From NCBI GenBank assembly GCA_041479075.1, contig JBGOXH010000001.1, forward strand, positions 1-26,959: DNA of 26,959 nt, in the 5' to 3' direction. Below the pieces are notes generated by a model, which was not told the DNA's origin, did no database searches, and saw only the letters and a list, made by a program, of their open reading frames with translations. Positions 1-7,709 of the stretch are shown here, in pieces; position 1 is the stretch's first letter; each line of letters opens with the position of its first letter. The DNA comes from Bacteroidia bacterium (GTDB lineage Bacteria; Bacteroidota; Bacteroidia; Bacteroidales; VadinHA17). The position numbers were made by a program, and so were the translations under genes.

Positions 1-17
1 GAAATTCTCATTCAGAG

Positions 18-1169
18 ATGAAAAAGTTTTTTGCTATAGTATTTTTCCTGATACTCATTAATTCTTCTATTTATTCCCAGGAGAAATCAAAAATGATTTC
101 TCTGGATGGTTATGTGACTGTTATGGAGAATGCAATATTTGACACCTTATCAGGCCCGATTCTTTTCGACAATCTTCTTCATAACAGACTCAACTTGAAA
201 GTTTTCATAAATAAAAACATAACATTCGCAGCCGAATTCAGAAATCGTCTGTTCACGGGAGATTTAGCAAGAATCAACAATTATTATTCAGATATGATAG
301 GTACAGATCAGGGATGGATTGATATGTCGTGGGATGTTATGAACAAGAGTTCGTTTTACCTGAATACTACTGTTGACAGACTATGGCTGGACTTTAACTA
401 TAACAAATTCCAGGCAACAATAGGAAGGCAACGGATAAACTGGGGACAAACTTTTGTCTGGAATCCGAATGATATTTTCAATGCTTACTCGTTTTTTGAT
501 GTTGATTATATTGAAAGACCAGGGAGCGATGCAATCAGGCTCCAGTATTATCCGTCTTCTTCCTCAACAATTGAAGCTGCTGCAAAGATTGACAACGAGA
601 ATAATATCACTGCAGCAGGGATGTACCGTTTTAACAGGTGGGGTTATGATATTCAGTTCCTTGCAGGCTACTCGAACAGTTCAGATATTGTTGCAGGAGC
701 AGGCTGGTCAGGTTCAATAGGATCGGTCTCATTCAGGGGCGAAGGTTCCTGGTTTCATCCTGTTGAAGCATTTAAAGATACCTCCGGGACAATGATCATT
801 ACTGCAGGAATAGATAAAGTTTTTGAAGATAATTCCATCGCACAGCTGCAGCTGATGTATTGCAATAACCCGCTGAAGATGAATAATTTCACCAGTATTT
901 ATACGGGAAATCTCTCGGCAAAAGATCTCGCTTTTTCAAAGTTTACGGCATTTGGCCAGTTCACTTGGGCAGCCACTCCTTTGCTGAATATAGGGATATC
1001 AGGAATGTGGTTTCCTGACCTGAATGGATATTTTACCGGACCGACTCTTGACTATTCTCTTGCTGAAAACGTCGATTTTTCATTGATCTGGCAGCATTTC
1101 GACGGCAGGATTAATGATGCTAAAGAAAGAATTAACCTTGTTTTCCTTAAGGTTAAATGGAGTTTCTAG
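18..1169 (+). CDS. Hypothetical outer-membrane beta-barrel protein (383 aa)
   Basis: Sec signal peptide MKKFFAIVFFLILINSSIYS followed by Q. Many amphipathic aromatic-rich strands, and a C-terminal beta-signal-like end VFLKVKWSF. Specific family not recognised. Confidence 0.6.
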   Translation: MKKFFAIVFFLILINSSIYSQEKSKMISLDGYVTVMENAIFDTLSGPILFDNLLHNRLNLKVFINKNITFAAEFRNRLFTGDLARINNYYSDMIGTDQGWIDMSWDVMNKSSFYLNTTVDRLWLDFNYNKFQATIGRQRINWGQTFVWNPNDIFNAYSFFDVDYIERPGSDAIRLQYYPSSSSTIEAAAKIDNENNITAAGMYRFNRWGYDIQFLAGYSNSSDIVAGAGWSGSIGSVSFRGEGSWFHPVEAFKDTSGTMIITAGIDKVFEDNSIAQLQLMYCNNPLKMNNFTSIYTGNLSAKDLAFSKFTAFGQFTWAATPLLNIGISGMWFPDLNGYFTGPTLDYSLAENVDFSLIWQHFDGRINDAKERINLVFLKVKWSF

Positions 1170-1205
1170 AATTTTCCTACTTTTAGCGCAACAACAAAAA
1201 ACAGT

Positions 1206-1943
1206 ATGGCACTTGTACATGAATTTGAAAACAACGGCAACTGGCTCTTTAAAAGAAGAAGCTGGCTGCCGGTAGTTATGTTAATTGCAGGCATTGTCAT
1301 GCTGTATCTCGGAAACAGGCAGGCAATTTTCTTCGACCTGAGGGATGAAATGATATTCCTCGGTGTCAGCATTTTCGGACAGATAATACGCATTTTAACT
1401 GTAGGCTTTACGGCAAAAAATACATCCGGACGCAATCAGGCTGCAGGACAAATTGCTGATGAAATAAATACCACTGGAATGTATTCAATTGTCAGGCATC
1501 CCCTGTATGTCGGTAATTTTTTCATGTGGCTCGGTCCGGTTCTCTTCTTAAGATCGGTCTGGTTCGCAGTTATTTTTGCCCTGGTTTACTGGCTTTATTA
1601 TGAAAGAATAATGTTTGCTGAAGAACAATTTCTCAGAAGAAAATTCAGTGAAGCTTATGATAAATGGTCTGAAAAGGTCAGTGCATTTATTCCTTTTCAT
1701 GTAAAATTCGTTCGTCCAAATCTTCCGTTTTCAGTTAGAAATGTTCTGAAAAATGAACACAACGCTTTTGTAAATATTTTCTTGATTTTCGCTGTGCTCG
1801 ACCTGTTTAGAAATTACTTCCTTACTGAAAGAATTTTTTTTACAAAGATCTGGATGTGGCTGCTGATCGGAGCAGTTGGTCTGTGGATAATAATCCATTC
1901 GATTCACAAATACACAAAGTGGCTTGAGGCTGGAAGGAGCTAG
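1206..1943 (+). CDS. ICMT/Ste14-family membrane methyltransferase, resembling lipid A 1-phosphate methyltransferase (LmtA-like)
   Basis: Multiple TM segments, the ICMT SAM-binding motif TGMYSIVRHPLYVGN and downstream EEQFL. The N-terminus MALVHEFENNGNWLFKRRSW resembles Leptospira LmtA as I recall it. Substrate is inferred. Confidence 0.7.
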   Translation: MALVHEFENNGNWLFKRRSWLPVVMLIAGIVMLYLGNRQAIFFDLRDEMIFLGVSIFGQIIRILTVGFTAKNTSGRNQAAGQIADEINTTGMYSIVRHPLYVGNFFMWLGPVLFLRSVWFAVIFALVYWLYYERIMFAEEQFLRRKFSEAYDKWSEKVSAFIPFHVKFVRPNLPFSVRNVLKNEHNAFVNIFLIFAVLDLFRNYFLTERIFFTKIWMWLLIGAVGLWIIIHSIHKYTKWLEAGRS

Positions 1944-1957
1944 AATCTTAGACAAGG

Positions 1958-2138
1958 AGCCCCCTTTTTAATTCCCCCCGGAGGGGGGAAAAATTCTTGC
2001 TTTTAATTGTATTTCAATAACATATACAGTTTTTCTCCCCCTCCGGGGGAGATGGTTCGCTATAGCGAACCAGAGGGGGTTCCTGGCTTTTGTCTTCCCT
2101 CTCAGGGGGAGTGCCCGCCATTTGGCGGGCGAGGGGGT
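1958..2138. repeat. Cluster of three REP-like GC hairpin units (one inverted, two tandem)
   Basis: Unit 1 (1958-1990, inverted): TTCCCCCC-GGA-GGGGGGAA. Unit 2 (2034-2080): TCTCCCCC-TCC-GGGGGAGA, then the perfect 20-bp palindrome TGGTTCGCTATAGCGAACCA, then GAGGGGGT. Unit 3 (2094-2138): CTTCCCTC-TCA-GGGGGAG, then GCCCGCCA-TT-TGGCGGGC, then GAGGGGGT. Confidence 0.8.
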
Positions 2139-2145
2139 ATTATGA

Positions 2146-2316
2146 TTATTCATCCCTTGCTCCCGTAAAAATCATAATGTAGTAGAGCAATATTGCAAGC
2201 GAACCAAGAGCTGCCACAACATAAGTATATGCTGCCCATTTTGATGAAAAGCTTACCACAGGAAACATCCTCGATCTGAATCCAAGCCATGCGTAAGCGA
2301 TGGCATGCTAAACAGT
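2146..2316 (-). pseudogene. Relic of a YugP-type (Zn_peptidase_2) membrane zinc metallopeptidase gene with an in-frame internal deletion
   Basis: Minus strand 2307->2146 reads HAIAYAWLGFRSRMFPVVSFSSKW-AAYTYVVAALGSLAILLYYIMIFTGARDE*. This joins the post-HExxH segment directly to the family C-terminal AAxTYVxAAL segment. It is preceded by an in-frame TAG and has no N-terminus or HExxH. Confidence 0.72.
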
Positions 2317-2352
2317 TTAATTAACTACAGATCTTTTAATTATATTTAAGCT

Positions 2353-2658
2353 GTGATAAAATTCGTGAAAGACATATTATCATTTTTACTGTCGCTGCCT
2401 GTTCATTTTTACCGTTATGCGATTTCTCCGTTTTTAAGGCCATCGTGCCGTCATGTTCCATCATGTTCAGAATATATGCTTGAAGCATTAAAGCTTCATG
2501 GTCCATTTATTGGTATTGTCTTAGGTGCAAACAGAATTCTCAGATGCCGGCCCGGAGGGACACATGGGTTTGATCCGGTTCCGCTTTTTAGATTCAAAAG
2601 ATATAAACCATTTTCAATTTCTCTTCGTAGATTTAAAAAAGGGAGTCGTTTGAAATAA
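2353..2658 (+). CDS. yidD: Membrane protein insertion efficiency factor YidD
   Basis: Hallmark motif YRYAISPFLRPSCRHVPSCSEY...ILRCRPGGTHGFDPVP with three conserved Cys; GTG start. Confidence 0.92.
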   Translation: MIKFVKDILSFLLSLPVHFYRYAISPFLRPSCRHVPSCSEYMLEALKLHGPFIGIVLGANRILRCRPGGTHGFDPVPLFRFKRYKPFSISLRRFKKGSRLK

Positions 2659-2684
2659 TTACACTGAAATCTCTCCAGAATAAG

Positions 2685-2778
2685 CCTTAGTGTTCTTAGT
2701 GTGTACTTCGTGTCCTTAGTGGTTAAGAAGAAAATTAACCACAAAGAGCACTAAGGTAAATCACAAAGAGCACAAAGG
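2685..2778. repeat. Imperfect inverted repeat built from about 9-nt CAC(A/T)AAG-type units (REP/MITE-like)
   Basis: Left arm 2685-2726 (reverse complement TTAACCACTAAGGACACGAAGTACACACTAAGAACACTAAGG), loop GAAGAAAA, right arm 2735-2778 TTAACCACAAAGAGCACTAAGGTAAATCACAAAGAGCACAAAGG. It lies between convergent genes. Confidence 0.8.
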
Positions 2779-2792
2779 GGATTTGTTAGAAT

Positions 2793-3554
2793 TTAAAAAT
2801 TCAGTTCTTCCTTCAAATGCTTGTAGCCGGATCTGCTGACTGGTAATTTATCTCCTGAATGCAGGATTGCAACGTGATTATCTTTTCCGTAAGGCTCTAT
2901 GCGATTGATTTCATGTACGCTAACGATGTACGAACGATGAATCCGTACGAAATCAGCTACCGGCAGATTATCTTCATAATACTTCATAGTCTGCTGTTTA
3001 AGAGCTTTGCCGGTTGAATGATAGATCATTACATAATCATCCTGTGCCTCAACATATTTTATCTGTTCAATGGGAATTAAATTAATGGAATTCCCTTTAC
3101 GTACAACTACCCTGTTGATTGGAGAAGCTGATTCAGGCTTTTTAGCCAGAAGCTGATTTGCCGGCTCTAAATTTTCAGTCCCCGATCGGATCTTGTCAAT
3201 AGCTTTATTGACTGCATCAAGGAACCTAATTTTCGGGAATGGTTTTAAAAGATAATCTACAGCATTAAGCTCAAAAGCTTTCAGCGCAAACTGGTCATAG
3301 GCTGTAATAAATATAATTACAGGTTTTTCTGTAAGAACTTCAACCAGTTCAATTCCAGTCAGCCTGGGCATCTGGATATCAAGAAAAACCAGGTCCGGCT
3401 TCATAAATGAAATTGATTTTAACCCACAGAAGCCGTCAGCACATTCAGCAATAATTTCAATAGAATCGAGATCTTTTAAATAATGCTTAATTATTTCCCG
3501 TGCCGGAGCTTCATCGTCAATTATTACAGTTCTGATCTTTTTCATCGATTTCAT
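2793..3554 (-). CDS. LytTR-family response regulator
   Basis: Receiver domain IIDDE...VFLDIQMP...FITAY...LLKP; C-terminal LytTR domain YVEAQDDYV...FVRIHRSYIV...LPVSRS. Start could be 3545. Confidence 0.93.
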   Translation of the reverse strand: MKSMKKIRTVIIDDEAPAREIIKHYLKDLDSIEIIAECADGFCGLKSISFMKPDLVFLDIQMPRLTGIELVEVLTEKPVIIFITAYDQFALKAFELNAVDYLLKPFPKIRFLDAVNKAIDKIRSGTENLEPANQLLAKKPESASPINRVVVRKGNSINLIPIEQIKYVEAQDDYVMIYHSTGKALKQQTMKYYEDNLPVADFVRIHRSYIVSVHEINRIEPYGKDNHVAILHSGDKLPVSRSGYKHLKEELNF

Positions 3555-3633
3555 TTTCCTGCAATTACCTTAACTTAAAACAGACCCCTTCTTTCTTCCT
3601 CCTAAATATAAATATTAATTTTCAAATGGAACT

Positions 3634-4689
3634 TTAAAAAAAATCTGTAGGTATATACAAAGTTACAGTGTAAATCCCATTTTCCTTTATTGTATTTATC
3701 GATGCTTTGTTTCCATAGTACAATTCAAGCCGCCTGGCAACATTTAACAGACCGGTTCCTGTCCCTTTTTTTGATGATGGCGCAGGATCGTAATTATTAC
3801 TTATCGTAATTTCAACATGTCCGTCAATAATCTTTACCTGGGTTATAATTTTAACAAGTTCAGTGCTTTCATAAACGCCATGCTTAATTGCATTTTCATA
3901 GAGCGGCTGGAGCAGCATAGCAGGAATTTTTGTTTCAAGACAATTTTCATCAATATTATACTCGGTAAATAATTTGTCGCCGAACCGTACTTTTTCTATA
4001 TCGAGATACAACTTCAGATTTTCAAATTCACTTCTGAGTGAAACGGGCTGTTCATCTTTCTTCGATAATGCATATCGCATAAAATCCGACAACTTAATAA
4101 CCATATCCCTGGCTTTTTCCGGATCAGTAATTGTTAGTGAACTGACTGAATTTAGGCTGTTAAACAGGAAATGCGGATTGATCTGAGACCGGAGCATTTT
4201 AAGCTCTGTCTCTTTGACCAGGCTCTCAAGCCTGGCCTCTTTTGCTTTTTTCTCCGATAAATTAATAAGGCTGATAAACAGATAATAAGAAAGTACGATA
4301 AGTCCGTAAATAAATACACCGGTACCGATCCTGTATGGGAATGTTGCATCCCAGTATTCCTGGTAATTATTTTGTTCTGGCAGAATAAGCAGCATTATCG
4401 ATTTCGTTAGCACCATCCATAGGGTGATCGAGATTGCACCACTTACCACCAGATTGGTAATGAGTGATAGCGGCTTTGTTCCTTCTTTGTTAAAATAGCT
4501 GAAAGGATACCACAGCGATAATGCAATGCCTGAATAGATTATTAATGACAGAATGGTATCAGGGATGCTGATTTTAGCAAATTTCCCGAATGCATAATAG
4601 AATAAAAGTGTCTGGCCTGACGCAAGGAAAAGCCAGACCAGCCACCAGACTATAAGACGTACCCTGTTATTCAGTACAGGATGTTTCAT
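3634..4689 (-). CDS. LytS-type (His_kinase family) membrane sensor histidine kinase
   Basis: About 4 N-terminal TM helices; H-box QINPHFLFNSLN; N-box LLQPLYENAIKHG; G-box GTGTGLLNVARRL. Confidence 0.93.
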   Translation of the reverse strand: MKHPVLNNRVRLIVWWLVWLFLASGQTLLFYYAFGKFAKISIPDTILSLIIYSGIALSLWYPFSYFNKEGTKPLSLITNLVVSGAISITLWMVLTKSIMLLILPEQNNYQEYWDATFPYRIGTGVFIYGLIVLSYYLFISLINLSEKKAKEARLESLVKETELKMLRSQINPHFLFNSLNSVSSLTITDPEKARDMVIKLSDFMRYALSKKDEQPVSLRSEFENLKLYLDIEKVRFGDKLFTEYNIDENCLETKIPAMLLQPLYENAIKHGVYESTELVKIITQVKIIDGHVEITISNNYDPAPSSKKGTGTGLLNVARRLELYYGNKASINTIKENGIYTVTLYIPTDFF

Positions 4690-4698
4690 CAGATTATC

Positions 4699-5448
4699 TT
4701 AATAACTTTTTACTTCACCCCCACCAAATACAACGGCTCCTTTAATGACAAGCTGACTTTCAGATTCGACAGATCTGCCGGGAAAAAGTTTGCGTGTATC
4801 GCTGAAACCGCCAAGGATCGGAGTCACTTCGATCGTAACATACCATGTGTCGGGGACAATTATCGTAGCACCGCCGAAAACACAGGCAATTTCAAGAATA
4901 TTTCTTCCGGGGGCCAGCTTTGCTTTCGTAAGATCAAGATCAATACCGCCGAAGACAGATGATATTTTACCACCCTTGAAATTTTGAGAAACAATCTGTC
5001 GTTCACCACCACTGAAAATGTTTACATAATCAATATATTCATCTTCTGCCACACCTTTGGATGTAACAGCATTCCAGCCTTTTCGCTTGGTGACAATAAA
5101 AACAATGCCGATGATTATAAATATCGCAGGCCAGAACATATTGTACATGTGAAATGTCACACGAAACAGCAGGGGAATCATAAAAAATCCTCCCACAGCC
5201 ATTACAATTACTCCGGCTGTTTTTTCAGTTGCACCAAGGGTCATAACAAGGCCAACCGCTACCAGAAGCATCTGCCAGCTGAAAATTATCTGAACAAGAT
5301 AATCGGGAAAGATCCCGGTGTTTTTTATCACCAGGCACATTCCTGCCAGCACCAGGACTACTCCGATTATTACCCTGTTATTTGTAAGATGATGATGCTC
5401 TCGTCTTGACTGACGACGCTCATCCCGGTAATCATTTATAGTTTCCAT
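4699..5448 (-). CDS. LiaF-like membrane protein (4-TM DUF5668-like N-terminus plus DUF2154-like C-terminal beta domain)
   Basis: Four hydrophobic segments, then repeated IFSGG / VFGGIDLDL / VFGGATIIVP / ILGGF / VVFGGGEVK motifs typical of cell-wall-active antibiotic response proteins. Confidence 0.8.
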   Translation of the reverse strand: METINDYRDERRQSRREHHHLTNNRVIIGVVLVLAGMCLVIKNTGIFPDYLVQIIFSWQMLLVAVGLVMTLGATEKTAGVIVMAVGGFFMIPLLFRVTFHMYNMFWPAIFIIIGIVFIVTKRKGWNAVTSKGVAEDEYIDYVNIFSGGERQIVSQNFKGGKISSVFGGIDLDLTKAKLAPGRNILEIACVFGGATIIVPDTWYVTIEVTPILGGFSDTRKLFPGRSVESESQLVIKGAVVFGGGEVKSY

Positions 5449-5472
5449 AATTGTAAATTTATTTTTTTTGAA

Positions 5473-5841
5473 TTAATTATTGACATTTTTTCTTTTAAAG
5501 AATGAAGAAATAATAAATAACATACCCATCAGCATAATAACCGCAGGCCAGTAAATTGTTTTGATAAGCTGAGGCATTTCGCCGTAATGATTATCCCAAA
5601 TAAACCATATTCCGCCGGCTATGAACAGCAATCCCGGTATAAAACGAAGGTTAAGCAAAAACAGAACTCCTAAAAATACCAATAAAGTTTCCCAGGTAAA
5701 ATATTCCTTTATGCTTCCCAGATGAAGCATGTCGTTTGTTGCAACAAGAAGAGCCAGTCCAAGTATGATAAAGAAAAGACCTATGCTTACTTGCGGATGG
5801 TGCTCCCTTTGTCTTTTTAATGAATAATCATGGTGTCTCAT
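5473..5841 (-). CDS. LiaF-type transmembrane-only protein (DUF5668-like)
   Basis: 122 aa with 4 TM segments. Shares IGL/GVxxIL, FTW/FSW and YWPAV/FWPAI motifs with the N-terminus of the adjacent gene, suggesting a paralogous domain. Confidence 0.7.
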   Translation of the reverse strand: MRHHDYSLKRQREHHPQVSIGLFFIILGLALLVATNDMLHLGSIKEYFTWETLLVFLGVLFLLNLRFIPGLLFIAGGIWFIWDNHYGEMPQLIKTIYWPAVIMLMGMLFIISSFFKRKNVNN

Positions 5842-5865
5842 TGTTAATTAAGATTAAATACAGGG

Positions 5866-5933
5866 TAAAAATAGCGCTTCTGGCATGGTGTGGTTAGGAA
5901 AAATCGGTAAATGGCGGGTTTTTAACGGTATAC
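5866..5933 (-). promoter_or_regulatory. Putative promoter (-7-like TATTTTTA) with a candidate LytTR direct-repeat site for the liaF-lytSR operon
   Basis: TCGGTAAAT (5904-5912) and ACGGTATAC (5925-5933) have a 21-bp period. The minus-strand TATTTTTA at 5873->5866 is one mismatch from TAnnTTTG. Confidence 0.4.
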
Positions 5934-5996
5934 TGTCATTTACAGGGGGAAATGTTACTTTTTTGTTGATAATTTTTTTAATTGAATAAGCTTTCA

Positions 5997-6004
5997 TATT
6001 TTTG
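5997..6004 (+). promoter_or_regulatory. Bacteroidota sigma70-type -7 element for yceD-rpmF-plsX-fabH
   Basis: Exact TAnnTTTG (TATTTTTG, followed by CA), 19 nt before the ATG at 6024. Confidence 0.65.
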
Positions 6005-6023
6005 CAGACCAAAATTTACTGAG

Positions 6024-6545
6024 ATGTCCGGATTATTTACCATACCAATCGGCGGTTTAAAAGAAGGACGTCACAGTTTTAATATTAAGATTAACAAAGA
6101 GTTTTTTGAACAATTTGAAGAGTCGGAAGTTAAAAACGGGATGCTTGAAGCTTTCGTTGAAGCCGATAAAAGATCTTCTCATATAAATCTGGCAATCAGT
6201 ATTAGAGGAGTGGTCAGTATTTCGTGCGACAGATGTCTGCTGGTATTTTCACATCCGGTTGATTGCGAAAACAGGCTTTTAATTAAATTTGGCAAAACCA
6301 ACGATGAAAGCGATCCAGATATAATAACAGTACCGGCAGATGAATATGGGCTCGATCTGAAACAGTATTTTTATGAGTACATTCTTCTGGCGTTACCGAT
6401 ACAAAGAGTTCATCCTGTAGACAAGAATGGTATCAGCGGTTGTGATCCGGAAATGCTGAAGAAGCTTAACCAGCATATCGTTAATGAAGATGACGGAATT
6501 GATCCACGCTGGGAAGAATTAAAGAAATTAATAAATAACAATTAA
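6024..6545 (+). CDS. yceD: YceD/DUF177 large ribosomal subunit accumulation protein
   Basis: CDRC motif and C-terminal IDPRWEELKKL; lies immediately upstream of rpmF. ATG 6024 is preferred over TTG 5982 because the -7 box falls between them. Confidence 0.88.
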   Translation: MSGLFTIPIGGLKEGRHSFNIKINKEFFEQFEESEVKNGMLEAFVEADKRSSHINLAISIRGVVSISCDRCLLVFSHPVDCENRLLIKFGKTNDESDPDIITVPADEYGLDLKQYFYEYILLALPIQRVHPVDKNGISGCDPEMLKKLNQHIVNEDDGIDPRWEELKKLINNN

Positions 6546-6557
6546 ATAGAGAATAAA

Positions 6558-6743
6558 ATGCCAAATCCCAAACGTAAACACTCGAAAGCAAGAAGAGATA
6601 AGCGCAGGACACATTATAAAGCAACTGCTCCAACAGTGTCAGTCTGTTCTAACTGCGGATCTTCAGTTAAGTATCACAGGGTATGTCCTGAGTGCGGATT
6701 TTACAGAGGCAAGCTTGCTATTGAGAAAAAGGCAAATGCCTGA
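6558..6743 (+). CDS. rpmF: 50S ribosomal protein L32 (Zn-ribbon form)
   Basis: MPNPKRKHSKARRDKRRTH, CSNCG...HRVCPECGFYRGK. Confidence 0.97.
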   Translation: MPNPKRKHSKARRDKRRTHYKATAPTVSVCSNCGSSVKYHRVCPECGFYRGKLAIEKKANA

Positions 6744-6768
6744 TTTCGTGTAACGAAACAGTAAAAAA

Positions 6769-7707
6769 ATGAAAATTGGCCTTGATGTTATGGGTGGTGA
6801 TTATGCACCTGATGCTATTATTGAAGGTGCAGTAGATTCCCTGCAACATTTATCTGCCGTGGATGATCTGGTTCTGATCGGAGATGAAAACTCGATCAAA
6901 AAGAAACTGAAAGAGTTAGATTGTGAGCTATCTCGTTTTAAAATTGTACATACAACACAGGTTATTGAAATGGGTGATGTTCCGGCAAAGGCCTATTCAC
7001 AAAAGCCTGATTCAAGCATTGCAGTAGGATACAGAATGCTGAAAGAGAAACAGATAGACGGCTTTTGCAGCGCCGGAAACACAGGAGCAATGCTGGTTGG
7101 AGCCAGTTATACTGTAAATGTTATACCCGGAGTACTACGACCTGCCCTTGCAACAATTGTACCTTCACTGAACACCCGTAACTCTGTAATCCTTGATGTC
7201 GGATTAAGTCCGGATTGCAAACCTGATGTACTGCTTCAGTATGGTATTCTGGGTTCTCTGTTTGCCAAATACGTACTTGAAATTAATAATCCGACAGTAA
7301 GGCTTCTTAATATCGGAGAGGAAGAATCAAAAGGGACTGCCGCTGTCAAAGCTGCTTATGAAATGATGAAAGAACATCCGGGACTTAATTTTGAAGGGAA
7401 TATTGAAGCAAACAGTCTCTTCAGTGAAACAATGGCAGATGTTATTGTATGTGACGGATTCGTAGGGAATGTTGTTTTAAAGCAAACTGAAGCATTTCAT
7501 CATATCTATAAAACAAGAAATTTAAAAGATTCATTTTTTGATCGTCTCGATTTCGAGAGTATTGGCGGAACACCCATCGTGGGAATAAATGCCAATGTTG
7601 TGATTGGTCATGGAATATCAAAAAGAAAGGCCATAATGAATATGATCCTTCAGACATGGGCAGTTGTACATGTTAATCTGGCTCAGAAGATTAAAGAAGC
7701 TATCTAA
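6769..7707 (+). CDS. plsX: Phosphate:acyl-ACP acyltransferase PlsX
   Basis: [54 protein letters not shown]; canonical rpmF-plsX-fabH synteny. Confidence 0.95.
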   Translation: MKIGLDVMGGDYAPDAIIEGAVDSLQHLSAVDDLVLIGDENSIKKKLKELDCELSRFKIVHTTQVIEMGDVPAKAYSQKPDSSIAVGYRMLKEKQIDGFCSAGNTGAMLVGASYTVNVIPGVLRPALATIVPSLNTRNSVILDVGLSPDCKPDVLLQYGILGSLFAKYVLEINNPTVRLLNIGEEESKGTAAVKAAYEMMKEHPGLNFEGNIEANSLFSETMADVIVCDGFVGNVVLKQTEAFHHIYKTRNLKDSFFDRLDFESIGGTPIVGINANVVIGHGISKRKAIMNMILQTWAVVHVNLAQKIKEAI

Positions 7708-7709
7708 TT

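Noticed and set aside
1968-2153. 61-aa minus-strand ORF (MNNHNTPSPAKWRALPLRG...)
   Set aside because: It reads through the GC hairpin repeats; the Pro/Arg/Gly-rich composition is a by-product of the repeat and no family motif is present.
2496-2744. 82-aa minus-strand ORF containing TTKDTKYTLRTLR
   Set aside because: It is the translation of the 9-mer repeat and antisense to yidD.
1958-2778. Possible CRISPR array in the repeat clusters
   Set aside because: There are no identical 23-47 nt direct repeats with unique regular spacers, and no cas genes in the window.
5982-6023. ORF-track TTG start extension of yceD (likewise atpF from 11116 and the Omp85-like gene from 22756)
   Set aside because: Each extension overlaps a promoter box or hairpin; the downstream ATGs at 6024, 11164 and 22729 fit better.
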